DNA of 64,000 bases from Yuukianura sp. NJ FZ-2021. Lineage: Eukaryota. Numbering within the stretch: the stretch's first letter is position 1; each line of letters opens with the position of its first letter. The position numbers were made by a program, and so were the translations under genes. Location: positions 1,240,001-1,304,000 of the forward strand of contig CM102289.1 of NCBI GenBank assembly GCA_046563655.1, in the 5' to 3' direction. The notes under the pieces are model-generated. The model saw only the letters and a program-made list of their open reading frames with translations. It did not search any database and had not been told where the DNA came from. Of this stretch, positions 33,316-45,100 are shown in pieces.

Positions 33316-34243
33316 TTAAAATGTTAACGTAAGCTTTAGAAAAATTTTGATAAACTGAAACGAGACATGCTTAACTTACTCTGACAAACTGCTTACTTCA
33401 ACTGACGCGTATAAAGAGGTTTGTGAAAAATTAATATTTATTATTCGTTATTTAATAACGAGATGGCCATGGCATTGCCTAAATGTTTAGCTGGTAAACC
33501 AGAAAACCTGAAATTAATTCACTAATACTTGTTTCGCGACTTTTTTAATTTGGAACAAGTTTTTAACTGAAGTCGAAGGTTGAGAATCATAATCTAAAAT
33601 ATGGTTTACCATGAAGTAAATTTCATGAATGAAATTTACACTTGGTCATGAAATTTTTCACCCCAAGGGAGAATTTTAACGAAAATATAAACTTGTTTAA
33701 AAATGATCTACGCCATGCTTTTTTGGTTCAACTTTTTGCTTTCATGTTTTTTTAAGCAGTATTTTGAAACCTTTTGTTTGTCAGGTTATGGGTTGACAAA
33801 TAGTACGCAAAAATTCAAAATTTTCTAAAATTTGCCTAAAGTTAGTACTTATTTCGTGTATTGCAATGTAAACTCTGCACAGTAAATGATAATGAACTGC
33901 ATCAACGCATAGTTAGCTGATTTTTTCTAATAATCACATTTCAAACTTTTGTTTTTGTTTTCGCTCTTGCTTTATTTAACTTCAATGTATTTTAATCAAC
34001 GCCAAAATAGACCTCAAATGTTTAAATCTCGGTTTATTTCGTGTTTAAAACGCTTTTTGAGCGGAATGTTTGCCCATCCATTTGGCAAATTCATCAAGAC
34101 TGATCTTGCCGTCTCTGTCCGTGTCAGCTTCTTCTACAAACTGCTCATACGTAAGGTCACGATAGTGCGGATTGTGAATACCGCAGAGGACCAAGAACTC
34201 CTCAAACTCTGACATGGAAATGTAGCCGTCTCCATCAATGTCG
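33316..34243. repeat. 928-bp direct duplication, left copy (right copy 36735-37662), flanking the LINE
   Basis: Constant offset of 3419. First ~680 bp identical by eye; ~8 substitutions in the last ~250 bp. Confidence 0.93.
34045..34243 (-). pseudogene. EF-hand copy 10: 3' half only, a duplicate of the copy 11 C-lobe
   Basis: DIDGDGYISMSE...KHSAQKAF* is identical in protein to the C-terminus of 37464-37946. The 5' half is replaced by the LINE. Confidence 0.9.
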
Positions 34244-36736
34244 CAATACGCAAATTCCGAAGGTGTAATACTGAAAACAGAGAGGTCTATGCCCAACGCT
34301 ACCTTGAAGCCCAAAAGAGCTACAAACAACAATTAGCAAACAAGAAATCAACGTTTAATTCGAACTTGGTCTCACAACTCCACGCTTCAAAGGACCCAAA
34401 AAATTTCTGGAAGGCGGTCAAATTCCACACAACTCAACACACCGTACAAGACAAAATCTCCAAGGAAACATGGTTCCAACACTTCCAGAACCTTTTCAAT
34501 TCAAACCAGGTTCCAAGGGATGTGCTACCAGAAAGCCGTGTTATAGAAAACGAGATCCTTGACCGCGACATAACAGCTCTGGAAATAAGACTGGCGACCA
34601 AGGAACTAAAAACAAACAAAGCGACAGGTCCTGACATAATCCCGAACGAGGTTTGGAAATCTGCCACTCCTAAGCTTCTATTATTCCTTGTCACTCTCTT
34701 CCAATCCATTTTTACAAGCGGGGTATTGCCAACTCAATGGTGCAACGCGCAAATTCATCCACTTCACAAAAAAGGCTCAAGGGACCTTCCAGAAAACTAC
34801 CGCCCAATATCGTTGATGAACACAATTCTGAAAGTATTCACCAAAATCCTCAACTCAAGACTCACAAACTGGATAAACATCAACCATAAAATTTCGGATT
34901 TCCAGGCTGGTTTTCGGAAATCAAGATCATGTACAGACCATATCTTCACTTTGATGTCCATGATCCAGTGCCAACTCCTAAGAAGGAAGGAACTGTATGT
35001 CGCCTTCGTTGATTTGTCTCAAGCCTTCGACACACCTAACCATAGTCTGTTATGGGCTGTCCTCGGCAACCTGGGTGTCTCCAACAAGTTCCTAAAAGTA
35101 TTCCGGTCACTGTACGACAATGCCACTGCCCAAATTAACACCAGAGAAGGCTTAACAGACCCGGTCAAGATCATGAAAGGAGTCCTGCAAGGAGAATCTG
35201 CTAGTCCCACACTCTTCAATCTGTTTATTGAGGACCTCGTCTCCAAGTTCTCTTCATCGCTACTGAAAGGTTATACCTTAGGTTCCCGAATTGTTCACAT
35301 CCTCCTGTACGCCGACGACCTTGTCATCACTGCTCAATCCAAAGAATTGCTGCAGGAGAAAATCAAACTCGCCTCCAACTTCTTCAAAGCGAGAGGACTC
35401 TGCGTCAACCTGGCCAAGACAAAAGTAATAGCTTTCCGTCGCTCAGGAAGAATTCGAAAAGACGACCACTTTCTCTGGAACGAAACCCCGATAGAGACCG
35501 TTTCGGAGTACAAGTACCTCGGCGTTATGTTCCAGTCAAATGGCTCATTCCGAAAAGCAGCAAGGAACGCCGTAGAGAAAGGAACCTCAGCACAAGGAGC
35601 GACCCTGAGGGTACTGAAGAAACAGAAGTACATTGACCTATGGACTATTAAAATGCTGCTACAATCACTAGTAAAATCAACCACACTGTACAACTGTGAA
35701 ATCTGGGGCCATCTCCACACTGACACCTTGGAAACGGTACAACAAAGTTACTTCAAACGTCTTCTCCACCTACCGTTTGCTACTCCCAGGTACTTTGTTA
35801 GATTGGAAACCGAATCTCTACCACTGCAATACGAAATCGTCAAAAGAACCTGGTACTTATATGCAAAATTCCACACCAACCTGGGTTCTGACCTCACAAG
35901 AAACGCATACTACCAGCTGCGTAAAATCACCTCTCTTCGCCCAGACGTCAAATACAGTTGGTGCACACAACTTAGATCCGCTCTCGCCCAGATTGGTCAA
36001 GAGGAGTCTATGATAGAGGAGCCGAGACCGAGACAAGAGCCCTGAAGCATACTATGGTACAGAAATTTAGGAACTTCTACCAAAAATCAGACGTAAGAAA
36101 AGCTGCACTATCGAAATCCATTCCTCACTACGCTGAAATCCACCAGAAATTCCCAGCGTCAGAGCTATTCTCCAAGCGGTTTCCTACGTATCTTACGATT
36201 CCAATTCTTCAAATCAGGCTCAACTCAAACCAGCTCTATTTCAACCGGAAATGGCTTGACTTTGGCCAGTTTACCGAAAAGAACTGCAGTTTTTGTGGCG
36301 ATCAACTCTCATACTACCATGCACTTTGGACTTGTCCGCAAACTGAACCCCTGAGAATCCAATTAAAACTCCCGCCAGACCAGTGCCCAATACTTTGGAC
36401 CATCTCAAATGCAACGGACGCTGCCTTCATAGGAAAAATTCAAAACTTCAACGCTAAAATACTGGAAATATTCGAACCAATGCTAAGCAGATGAAAGTTG
36501 GAATAAGGTTTTTTAATTTTCCCTTGAAGATATTCTTTCTTTTAATTATAATTGACTTTGCAATTTGTACACACCTTTTCGACCCAACTATGCCTACGCA
36601 CTAATTCTTCTATCTTAATTTTTAACCATTTAACTAAGTTATACTAACTAAGTTCTTCTTAAAACTTAAACGAGCTGCAGGAATGTAATTGATAGGGCAT
36701 CGGCCAAGATCAAATAAACTGATTGATTGATTGATT
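34244..36736 (+). mobile_element. 5'-truncated non-LTR retrotransposon (LINE; RTE-X/L2-like, clade uncertain)
   Basis: RT ORF, C-terminal CCHC motif, 3' UTR with AATAAA and a (GATT)4 tail. No endonuclease domain present. Confidence 0.92.
34366..36494 (+). pseudogene. LINE ORF2 remnant: reverse transcriptase plus frameshifted C-terminal CCHC domain
   Basis: KATGPD, NYRPISL, FQAGFR, FVDLSQAFD, GVLQGESASP, LLYADD, YKYLG. Frame change and stop near 36045, before CSFC-x7-H-x4-C in 36054-36494. Confidence 0.9.
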
Positions 36737-37463
36737 AAAATGTTAACGTAAGCTTTAGAAAAATTTTGATAAACTGAAACGAGACATGCTTAACTTACTC
36801 TGACAAACTGCTTACTTCAACTGACGCGTATAAAGAGGTTTGTGAAAAATTAATATTTATTATTCGTTATTTAATAACGAGATGGCCATGGCATTGCCTA
36901 AATGTTTAGCTGGTAAACCAGAAAACCTGAAATTAATTCACTAATACTTGTTTCGCGACTTTTTTAATTTGGAACAAGTTTTTAACTGAAGTCGAAGGTT
37001 GAGAATCATAATCTAAAATATGGTTTACCATGAAGTAAATTTCATGAATGAAATTTACACTTGGTCATGAAATTTTTCACCCCAAGGGAGAATTTTAACG
37101 AAAATATAAACTTGTTTAAAAATGATCTACGCCATGCTTTTTTGGTTCAACTTTTTGCTTTCATGTTTTTTTAAGCAGTATTTTGAAACCTTTTGTTTGT
37201 CAGGTTATGGGTTGACAAATAGTACGCAAAAATTCAAAATTTTCTAAAATTTGCCTAAAGTTAGTACTTATTTCGTGTATTGCAATGTAAACTCTGCACA
37301 GTAAATGATAATGAACTGCATCAACGCATAGTTAGCTGATTTTTTCTAATAATCACATTTCAAACTTTTGTTTTTGTTTTCGCTCTTGCTTTATTTAACT
37401 TCAATGTATTTTAATAAACGCCAAAATAGTCCTCAAATGTTTAAATCTCGGTTTAAATTGTGT

Positions 37464-37946
37464 TTAAAACGCTTTTTGAGCGGAATGTTTGCCCATCCAC
37501 TTCGCAAATTCATCAAGACTGATCTTGCCGTCTCTGTCCGTGTCAGCTTCTTCTACAAACTGCTCATACGTAAGGTCACGATAGTGCGGATTGTGAATAC
37601 CGCAGAGGACCAAGAACTCCTCAAACTCCGACATGGAAATGTAGCCGTCTCCATCAATGTCGTAGAGTTTTGCACAATTCTTAGCCATATTGGCTTCGTC
37701 ATGCCAATATCTCAACACGTCAATCATTTCTCGCATGGGGACGTAGCCTCCAAAATGTTGGCGCCAATAGCGTTGGTAGGCTGCAATCTGCTCGGGACTA
37801 CGAGGAACACCGATCTGCTCAAAGAAAAGTCCAACTTCACTCGCCAGCATGAAACCTTCGTCGGAAAATGTCGAAAGTCCTCGGAAAACGGATTTCGCAT
37901 TTTCTAGCTCCTGCTCGCTATAGGGTTTGGTGGAGTCACGTGTCAT
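37464..37946 (-). CDS. Calmodulin-like EF-hand protein, copy 11 (160 aa)
   Basis: EF loops DIDGDGYISMSE and DTDRDGKISLDE; closest to copy 2. Confidence 0.9.
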   Translation of the reverse strand: MTRDSTKPYSEQELENAKSVFRGLSTFSDEGFMLASEVGLFFEQIGVPRSPEQIAAYQRYWRQHFGGYVPMREMIDVLRYWHDEANMAKNCAKLYDIDGDGYISMSEFEEFLVLCGIHNPHYRDLTYEQFVEEADTDRDGKISLDEFAKWMGKHSAQKAF

Positions 37947-38012
37947 TGTATCTAAAAAAAACAGTCACAAAAAATATGTTAATATAAAAGAAATGTAAAG
38001 TAATAGTTTAAA

Positions 38013-38241
38013 CAAGGTTCTTCAAAAAAAAATAGTTTTCTCTTCAGCAGATTAGGTGGTAACTCGAAGTTATTTTTGTTAAAAAATGAGCAAAACTTGG
38101 TTCGCCATAATTTCTATGGCAAGGTGTTGTTGGACTGGCGGAAAATTGGCGGAAAAAAGTGTAGCCAGCCAGAATTTTAGAAAAACTTACTTATTGTCTA
38201 ACGTGTTAAAGAAAAACTATTTTGCTGCTATAGGAACCTTG
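38013..38241. mobile_element. MITE (CAAGGTTC...GAACCTTG) upstream of copy 11
   Basis: Imperfect terminal inverted repeats; possible 2-bp TSD (AA); similar to 32967-33186. Confidence 0.6.
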
Positions 38242-39741
38242 AATTTAACAGGCAAAGACTAATGGAAATGGAACTTACTAACTTGAGTTTATGCGAGATA
38301 GTAAAATATTTTAAAATTTTCGTAAGTTTTTCAACTTGAAATTAATTTGTACGTTTTGATTTGAAGCTGCTGTGACTAATGGTTTAAAACCAAATTTTCG
38401 GAGCCCTTTTAAACCGAAAGGTTATGAGACAAAGTGTGTTTAAAAACCAGAATGTCCAGAATTTAAAACTGCTACGCAAACGCCACTAGCGTCAAATTTA
38501 AATTAACATGCGACTTTACAATTTTTATTGCCAGTGAAATCGATTTTCGAATTTTGGTGGCATGATTTTTAATGTCAACTACTTTCGTAGATTCAAATTG
38601 CGTCAAACTTTTTAATTCCGGGTAGTAGTTTTGTCCAGCCTCACATCCTTGAAAGTCTTGACATAGTTCGGCAAAGCAAGTGACGTTGTAAATTTTTTCT
38701 TCGTAATTAGTAGATTTATTTTCAAAACTTGTTTTAACGGAAGTTAGATTTTGATCGAAGATTTTGATTTGAACCGAAGTGGCATCTTGAATTTTTTTAG
38801 GCTAAGTATTTTCAAGATAATTTTATGTAAAGATATGTTTTTCAGAAACTGAATAGCATTTTTCAATTTTATGAAATAATACTGGAAAAGGAAAACTCAT
38901 AATTTTAAAACAATTTGTGCAATTATTACGTTGTTCAGTACTTATGGATTGTGTTGGTTTGGTTTCAAAAACCATTTGTGCTTTATACTTAGAAAGTCGT
39001 AAATGCGCCAATGTAATATTTTGTTCAATTTTATTGGAATTTTAATAATTTAGTTTAATTATCTTTTTATTATTTATAATCATAGTCACTGGATTCGATA
39101 AATGATAGCAATAGCTATAAAACTTTAAAAACCACAATTGAAGTATCTTTTTATAATGGACAAAACTTGTTTGCTTTCGACTTTGGATTGGTTTTCAAAC
39201 CAGTAAATCTAGAACTTAATTAGTCGACTGATGTAATTTAGAACCTACTTAATGAAGATTATGCTAATTTAAGTTGGTCTTTAATTAACTTATAGAATTT
39301 AGCGGTGAGGAAATTTTGTGCTTCTTGCTTAGGAAGTGAGCTTCCTTGACAACGAAAAGTTGATTTTCTTTAACAAGTTGACTACTACCTCGCTTGTTGA
39401 GAAAAAAAAAGAAGTTAGTAAAAATTGATACAAATCCAAAAAATCTGGTACCAATTACTATGCAAACCTTAAAGAATCGGCTCTATTTTATTGACTACGA
39501 TGCTCTGCAATGAAAAGACACTTTTTCTTGTAAATTCGGAAAAACAGGAGGTATTGACCCACCTGTTAAAAAAAATAAAATTTTAAAACATTGTTAGGGA
39601 GTGTAAATAAGTGGTAAATGCTCTAATCCTGTATTTTCTTTAATTAGAAGTTTTCAACAAGGACAAGCATAAAACGTTTATTATTTGCACGTTTTAATAT
39701 TTGAACATAAAATATTCTCAATTTTCCATAATTAGTAGTTT

Positions 39742-40212
39742 TTAGCCAGCGTTTTTCCCAATCCACACCGCAAATTCGTCGAGACTGATTTTGCCATCCT
39801 TGTTCGTATCCGCCTCTTCGACAAATTTTGCATACGAAATGTCGCGATAGTGCGGATTGTGAATCCGGTACAGTACCATGAATTGCTCAAACTCTTGCAA
39901 AGAAATGAACCCGTCTCCATCAATGTCGTAGACTTGCGCACGATTCCTAGCCTGCTGTGCGTCGTCATGAAAACATCTCACAGTGTCAATCATTTCTCGC
40001 ATAGGCACGTACCCACCAAAATGTTGGCGCCAATAATTGTAGCAGTGAGCATTCTGCTCTGGCGTGCGTGGATAGCCGATTCGCTCACAGAGAAGCTCAA
40101 CGTCACGAGCCAATATGAAGCCTTCGTCGGAAAAACTCGGAAGTCCTCGGAAAATAGATTTCACACCTTCGAGTTCCTGCTCGGTAAATGGTTTTGTGAA
40201 GTCACGCGACAT
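39742..40212 (-). CDS. Calmodulin-like EF-hand protein, copy 12 (156 aa)
   Basis: ATG at 40212. EF loops DIDGDGFISLQE and DTNKDGKISLDE. Confidence 0.9.
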   Translation of the reverse strand: MSRDFTKPFTEQELEGVKSIFRGLPSFSDEGFILARDVELLCERIGYPRTPEQNAHCYNYWRQHFGGYVPMREMIDTVRCFHDDAQQARNRAQVYDIDGDGFISLQEFEQFMVLYRIHNPHYRDISYAKFVEEADTNKDGKISLDEFAVWIGKNAG

Positions 40213-40277
40213 TGTATCTAACGAATGAAATACTCCGTATGCACACCTAGAAAAAGAGTACAAAAAGTTCAATTGTA

Positions 40278-40439
40278 CACCTAATGTTCGAAATAAGAGA
40301 CAAGATTACTACGCCCTTTTGAGCGGAAGTTTAGGTTTAGGACACTCTTTAACTCTGGCTGATCCTCCCACTTTAAAAAACGGCAAACTTCCACTCAAAG
40401 GTGTGGAAAGATCTTGCTTCTTATAACGAACATTAGTTA
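40278..40439. mobile_element. Tc1/mariner-type MITE in the 5' UTR intron of copy 12
   Basis: ~55-bp imperfect inverted arms (CTAATGTTCG...GAGCGGAAGTTT / AAACTTCCACTC...CGAACATTAG) flanked by TA. Confidence 0.65.
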
Positions 40440-42136
40440 TAGTAGAAAAACAGTTACGCTACTAATGTTTTTTTGGAAATTTTAAAAAAATTCAATAAGT
40501 GCAGTTAGTGCAACAACGATTTTGAGAAATAGTCACAAAGTAAGCTTAACTTACTCCGTCAACTGTAGATTTCAACTGATGCCTTTGACGTAATTTGCTA
40601 AGAACTTATTGATGATACCCTTGTCTGATTTTTGCCAGGTAAACCAGAAATCCTTAAATTGCTCAACTATTTTATGCGACGAAGTTTGAAAAACTCATTT
40701 CGGACCTGTTTTTTTGTGACAAGTTCACTAATTAAGTTAAAGGATGACGAACTTAAAGTTGATCATAAGATTTATTACCCATTTTCATTTTAACTTTTTT
40801 TGAAACTTGACAGATTTTTTTTTCTATTTGCAAGTTTCTTGAAAACTTAAAATTTTTGACGTCAAGGCTCATCATGCTTGGATTTAGATCCGGTTTTTGG
40901 ATGTTTCAGTTTTATTTTATTGTTTCACGGTTAACAGTTTTCATTGCTTTCATTTCCTTTCGTAACTCAACCCTTCCAAAGTATTCAACATTCGACTGGA
41001 CTGCGTTCTATTCTGATTGTATCAATTTCCTGCCCTAAAATCAAAATCATCTCAACCAAAATACTCAAAGTCAACTTTACACTGCTTCAAAAAGCGGTTT
41101 TGATATTTTCCTTTTCAAAATTTTGCAACCTTAAGCTTTGGATGCTGAAACCCGAACTTTAGATTTCCCTGAGCATTTTCAATTTCAGCGTCAATCACAC
41201 TTTATCATGCCAAAGTGAAAAACGCCTGAAGTGAAAGGCACAAAAGACATGATGATCCTGTGGCGGTACTTTGACTACATGAACTTTTCAAAAAAAAATC
41301 AAAATGTGCTTTTCAAAACATAATGTTGTTTTTCTTAAACAGCTCAATTCAAATAAAGTTTGTGTTGTTGAAGCCCACATAAAATGGAAATGATTAAATT
41401 CGGGAAATGAGCGGCGTAGAAACCCTTAATTTTAATGGTGGTAGTTTCAGAATGTAGAAAACGGAAAAAGGAAACACAAAATTCCACTCTAAATTTAATG
41501 TTGAGTTTTACATTTCATGGCATACAATTTGAAAAAATAGTTTTGTAAGTTGAAACGTGTAAGTTGAGAAAACTACACTCAAATTACTTCTGCTGCCGGA
41601 TTCTACGGTACAGCAAACTGCTAAGGAGAAACAGCAAAGAAAGAAAAAGCCGAACTTTTTCTCCAAACTGTAAAAGGAGAAAGCTCGTTTTCATTTCCTT
41701 CTGAAATGGAGAATGTTTCTCTCGTTGTTTCATTTCCTTCCTGTGAAGTTCAATTTAGGAACCTTGTTTCCAATGTTATAGTTAGCCTTAACTAGGATAC
41801 TATCGTTGTCGTAATTGTAGGTACTACTCACAGAATTTAAAATTTCAGCTCGGTTCAGTTGGGTTTTTTAAATAAAACTTTCCCGAAATTTAATAAAAAA
41901 ACTGTGTTCTGTTTTTCTTCTGAAACGCAAAGAACTTATTTTTGTGTTTTCTGTTGTGAGTCTTTCTTTGAAATGTGGCAGAAATATTCCGTTTAGAAAA
42001 GTTATAAGTGGCGCGAACAAGTTTAAGAAAAAAGTTTAACAGCGTGTGACATGCGACAATTACTTACAACTACTAAAAGACGTTTATCCTTTAATGTCTT
42101 TGCTAATTCTAAACTTTTTTTTCTAACATGTAATAG

Positions 42137-45100
42137 ACTCGCAGCACGACTTCAAGATCTTGTCATTTTGGACGAACTTTTGAAAACGTCGTACGACCGA
42201 AGAGCAACTCCCACTAACCATCTCAGTAAGTGGTCATTTCCAATGTAAAAAAACATCTTAACAATTTAATCATAAACAGTATACAAAAATATGTTAAGAA
42301 TAGAATTCTGATTTTAATCGTTCTTTTGAAATTGGAGAGGGAATTCCTTGTCCAACTTAGCAAAAACTTCAAAAATGTTTTTATTAACACGGCTTATTAA
42401 AAATTATTTAACGGCATAAGTACAGCCGAAAATAAACTTCAAGCGCTAGTCGAAAAGTTAAAAACGTATTAAACTTAGCTTGAAACCTAACTTTTTCACT
42501 TAATCTAAATCACTTTGTTTTAGACAATACTACACCAACTCACGTCTTTTGCCAACTTTTCGTGCGTAGTTTTGGCAGTCCAAATCCTCTCACGATGGTA
42601 AGCTCCTCATGGGCTAAATATTTCACAAGCCATTTTCTTATTAATTTCTCAACACACTTTCTCTTTCACTTCCATGCAACGCTTAAAAAGCTTAATTACT
42701 CCCTTCTTTCTTTGAACTCCAAATTCCTCTGCCTCCAGAAACAAAATAAATCTGCGCTTCTATTTCACTTTGTACTAAATTTCAAACAAACCGCCTCCAG
42801 CCTCTTGCACAACTTTTGAACCTGGCGGCAACCATTTTCAAACGTTTCCATGCCACTCAACTAGCCTTTGGCTTGCAGACACTTTTCCGCCAAAGACAAA
42901 AGAAAGTTCATTCAAAAGTCATTTCAAAAAACATCAAAAGTGTCCTGGACTTTTACTTTTGTAAAACTCTTTTACTTCACAAAGTCGAAACAACAGAAAA
43001 TTCATTCCTGCCTTTGCGGCTTTACTCACTTTTGTTCTCTTTCTGGTCCAAATTCCTTTCGTTTTGTTGCTTTCACTTTGTTCTTCCTGCAAACTGGAGA
43101 AAGTTTGGAGCTTTTACGACTTTTGTCTCGCTTGCATAAATTTCCAAGAGAAAGTTTAGTGCAACTTGCCTAAGAAGTTGCAAATTGAATTTGGTTTAAT
43201 TTTCGTGTCAAATTAGGACTACACTGTTGACTTGTACTTGAGACAAAAGTGGATAGACGAGCGCCTGGAACATCCAAATTTGAAAGAGCCGCTGGATTTG
43301 AATGATCCAAATTTAGTCAAATCCATTTGGAAACCGGAAGTTTATTTTCCAAATGCAAAGGAAGCTGATTTCCAGTTTGTCACGGTTCCAAATGTCCTTG
43401 TCAGAATTTATCCAGGAGGAAAAATTTTGTACATGCTACGGTAAGTACATGCAGGAAAATTTTAAACTGCACGAAAATTTCAGTTTTTGCTAAAAAATCG
43501 ATTTTATTCAGAGTGTTATGGACGAAAACTGAACATTTTGAAGAGATCATTTTAAAACTAAAAAAAGCAGACAAAACTTAAAATTCAGCACGTCCTTGTA
43601 TGATCATCAAAACATGAAAGTTTTCGACTAGAAGTCTTTCATTTTTGACACAAACAAATTTGAGTACTATTGATTGGGTTTTCGATCAGTCAAGTGAGCT
43701 CAACCTGAGAGAAACCAATAAATCTCATTCAAAATACAAAGGAAAGTAATCGCTTTCTCCTACTTTCACTTTTTTTTGAATCTTCTAAATCTTCTTTTTC
43801 TGTTTGGTTTTTAGGTTAAGAGTAACATTTTCGTGCATGATGGATCTTTCAAAGTTTCCTCTGGATCGTCAAACATGTACAATGGAAATGGCAAGTTGTA
43901 AGTTACTTTCTCCCACAAAAGTAAAGTAGAGATTTTATCTCTTTTTCTTTTTGAAGTGGAATTCAACCGTCCAGAATAATTTGATGTGGAAATCCTATTT
44001 GCAGTTTCGAAGACGGTGGACGAGTTGCTTCTGGAGTGGGCAGTTGATTCTCCCGTGACGTATGGAAATAGCGGCATGTCGCAATTTGAAATTGATGGCA
44101 TCTCCACTATCAAGTGTCCTCGTGAATCTTTTGTGCAAATGGGTACGTAAATTGTCAAAATTTAAAATGTAAATTTTAAAAGCGTTGAAAAGGAATCTCT
44201 TCGTAAACTTGAATTTTGGCGGAAATCCAAAAATAAGACAATAGACTCGTAGGGTGTGGCGTTTGGCATGGAAGGACAGTGGCTGTTTAGTAGGATTCCG
44301 ATTCAATGCTGTTTTGAATGGAACATGACAGCTCAAGGGTATTGAGCATCTTCCCGGAGAGTTGAGTTGTGGGTTCGAGTCCCACTCGGTTTTTTATTTT
44401 TTCTCCACTTTTTAGCTTTGTCTCTTAAGCCACGAGAGAAGTGATGAAGCTCTCAAGGGTTTTCTGAATTGGAAGTAAATGCGAGAATTTTTACAAGAAC
44501 GCATTTTTTTTTTTGAAAATTTGGCTCGAAGTTATTTGAAGTTTATGAAAGGTAGACAATCATGTGACGCAGTACGTGAGCGGGAAAGGTTAACAAAAAC
44601 TTGATATGGATAAACTTATTTTTCACGTTTTTATGATGTTATTGTGATAACTTTTTTGGAAGATCATTTTCGAAAGAAAGTAATAGTTTTTGAGATGTTG
44701 TGCACGTCGTGTTCTATTATTTACTTTTTCATAACTTTGAACTTTCGCGGCAATTTCCAAACTGCGAGATGGATCATCTCGGATTTCCACATTCTTCCAC
44801 TTTCGTTTTTTTTTGACTTTGTATAAAGTCGAGTTTCATACGCAAAAGCGTCACGGAAACAAATTTAATTTTCTGTTCCATTACTTTTACATTACATGAA
44901 GTACGCTCTTCATGATCTTGTTTTTGTTTTTCAAATTCCAAAATTTGCTTTTGAGTGTTCTATTTGCATTTTCAAAAACTTTTGAATTTGTAATACACTC
45001 TGAAAGCAAACAGCGGGAGAAGTATGCTTGGAATTTTGTTTTTGCCAGTATTTTGAGAAGTTAGCAATGAAATATTTTCCCCTTTTTTGAAAAACTCATT

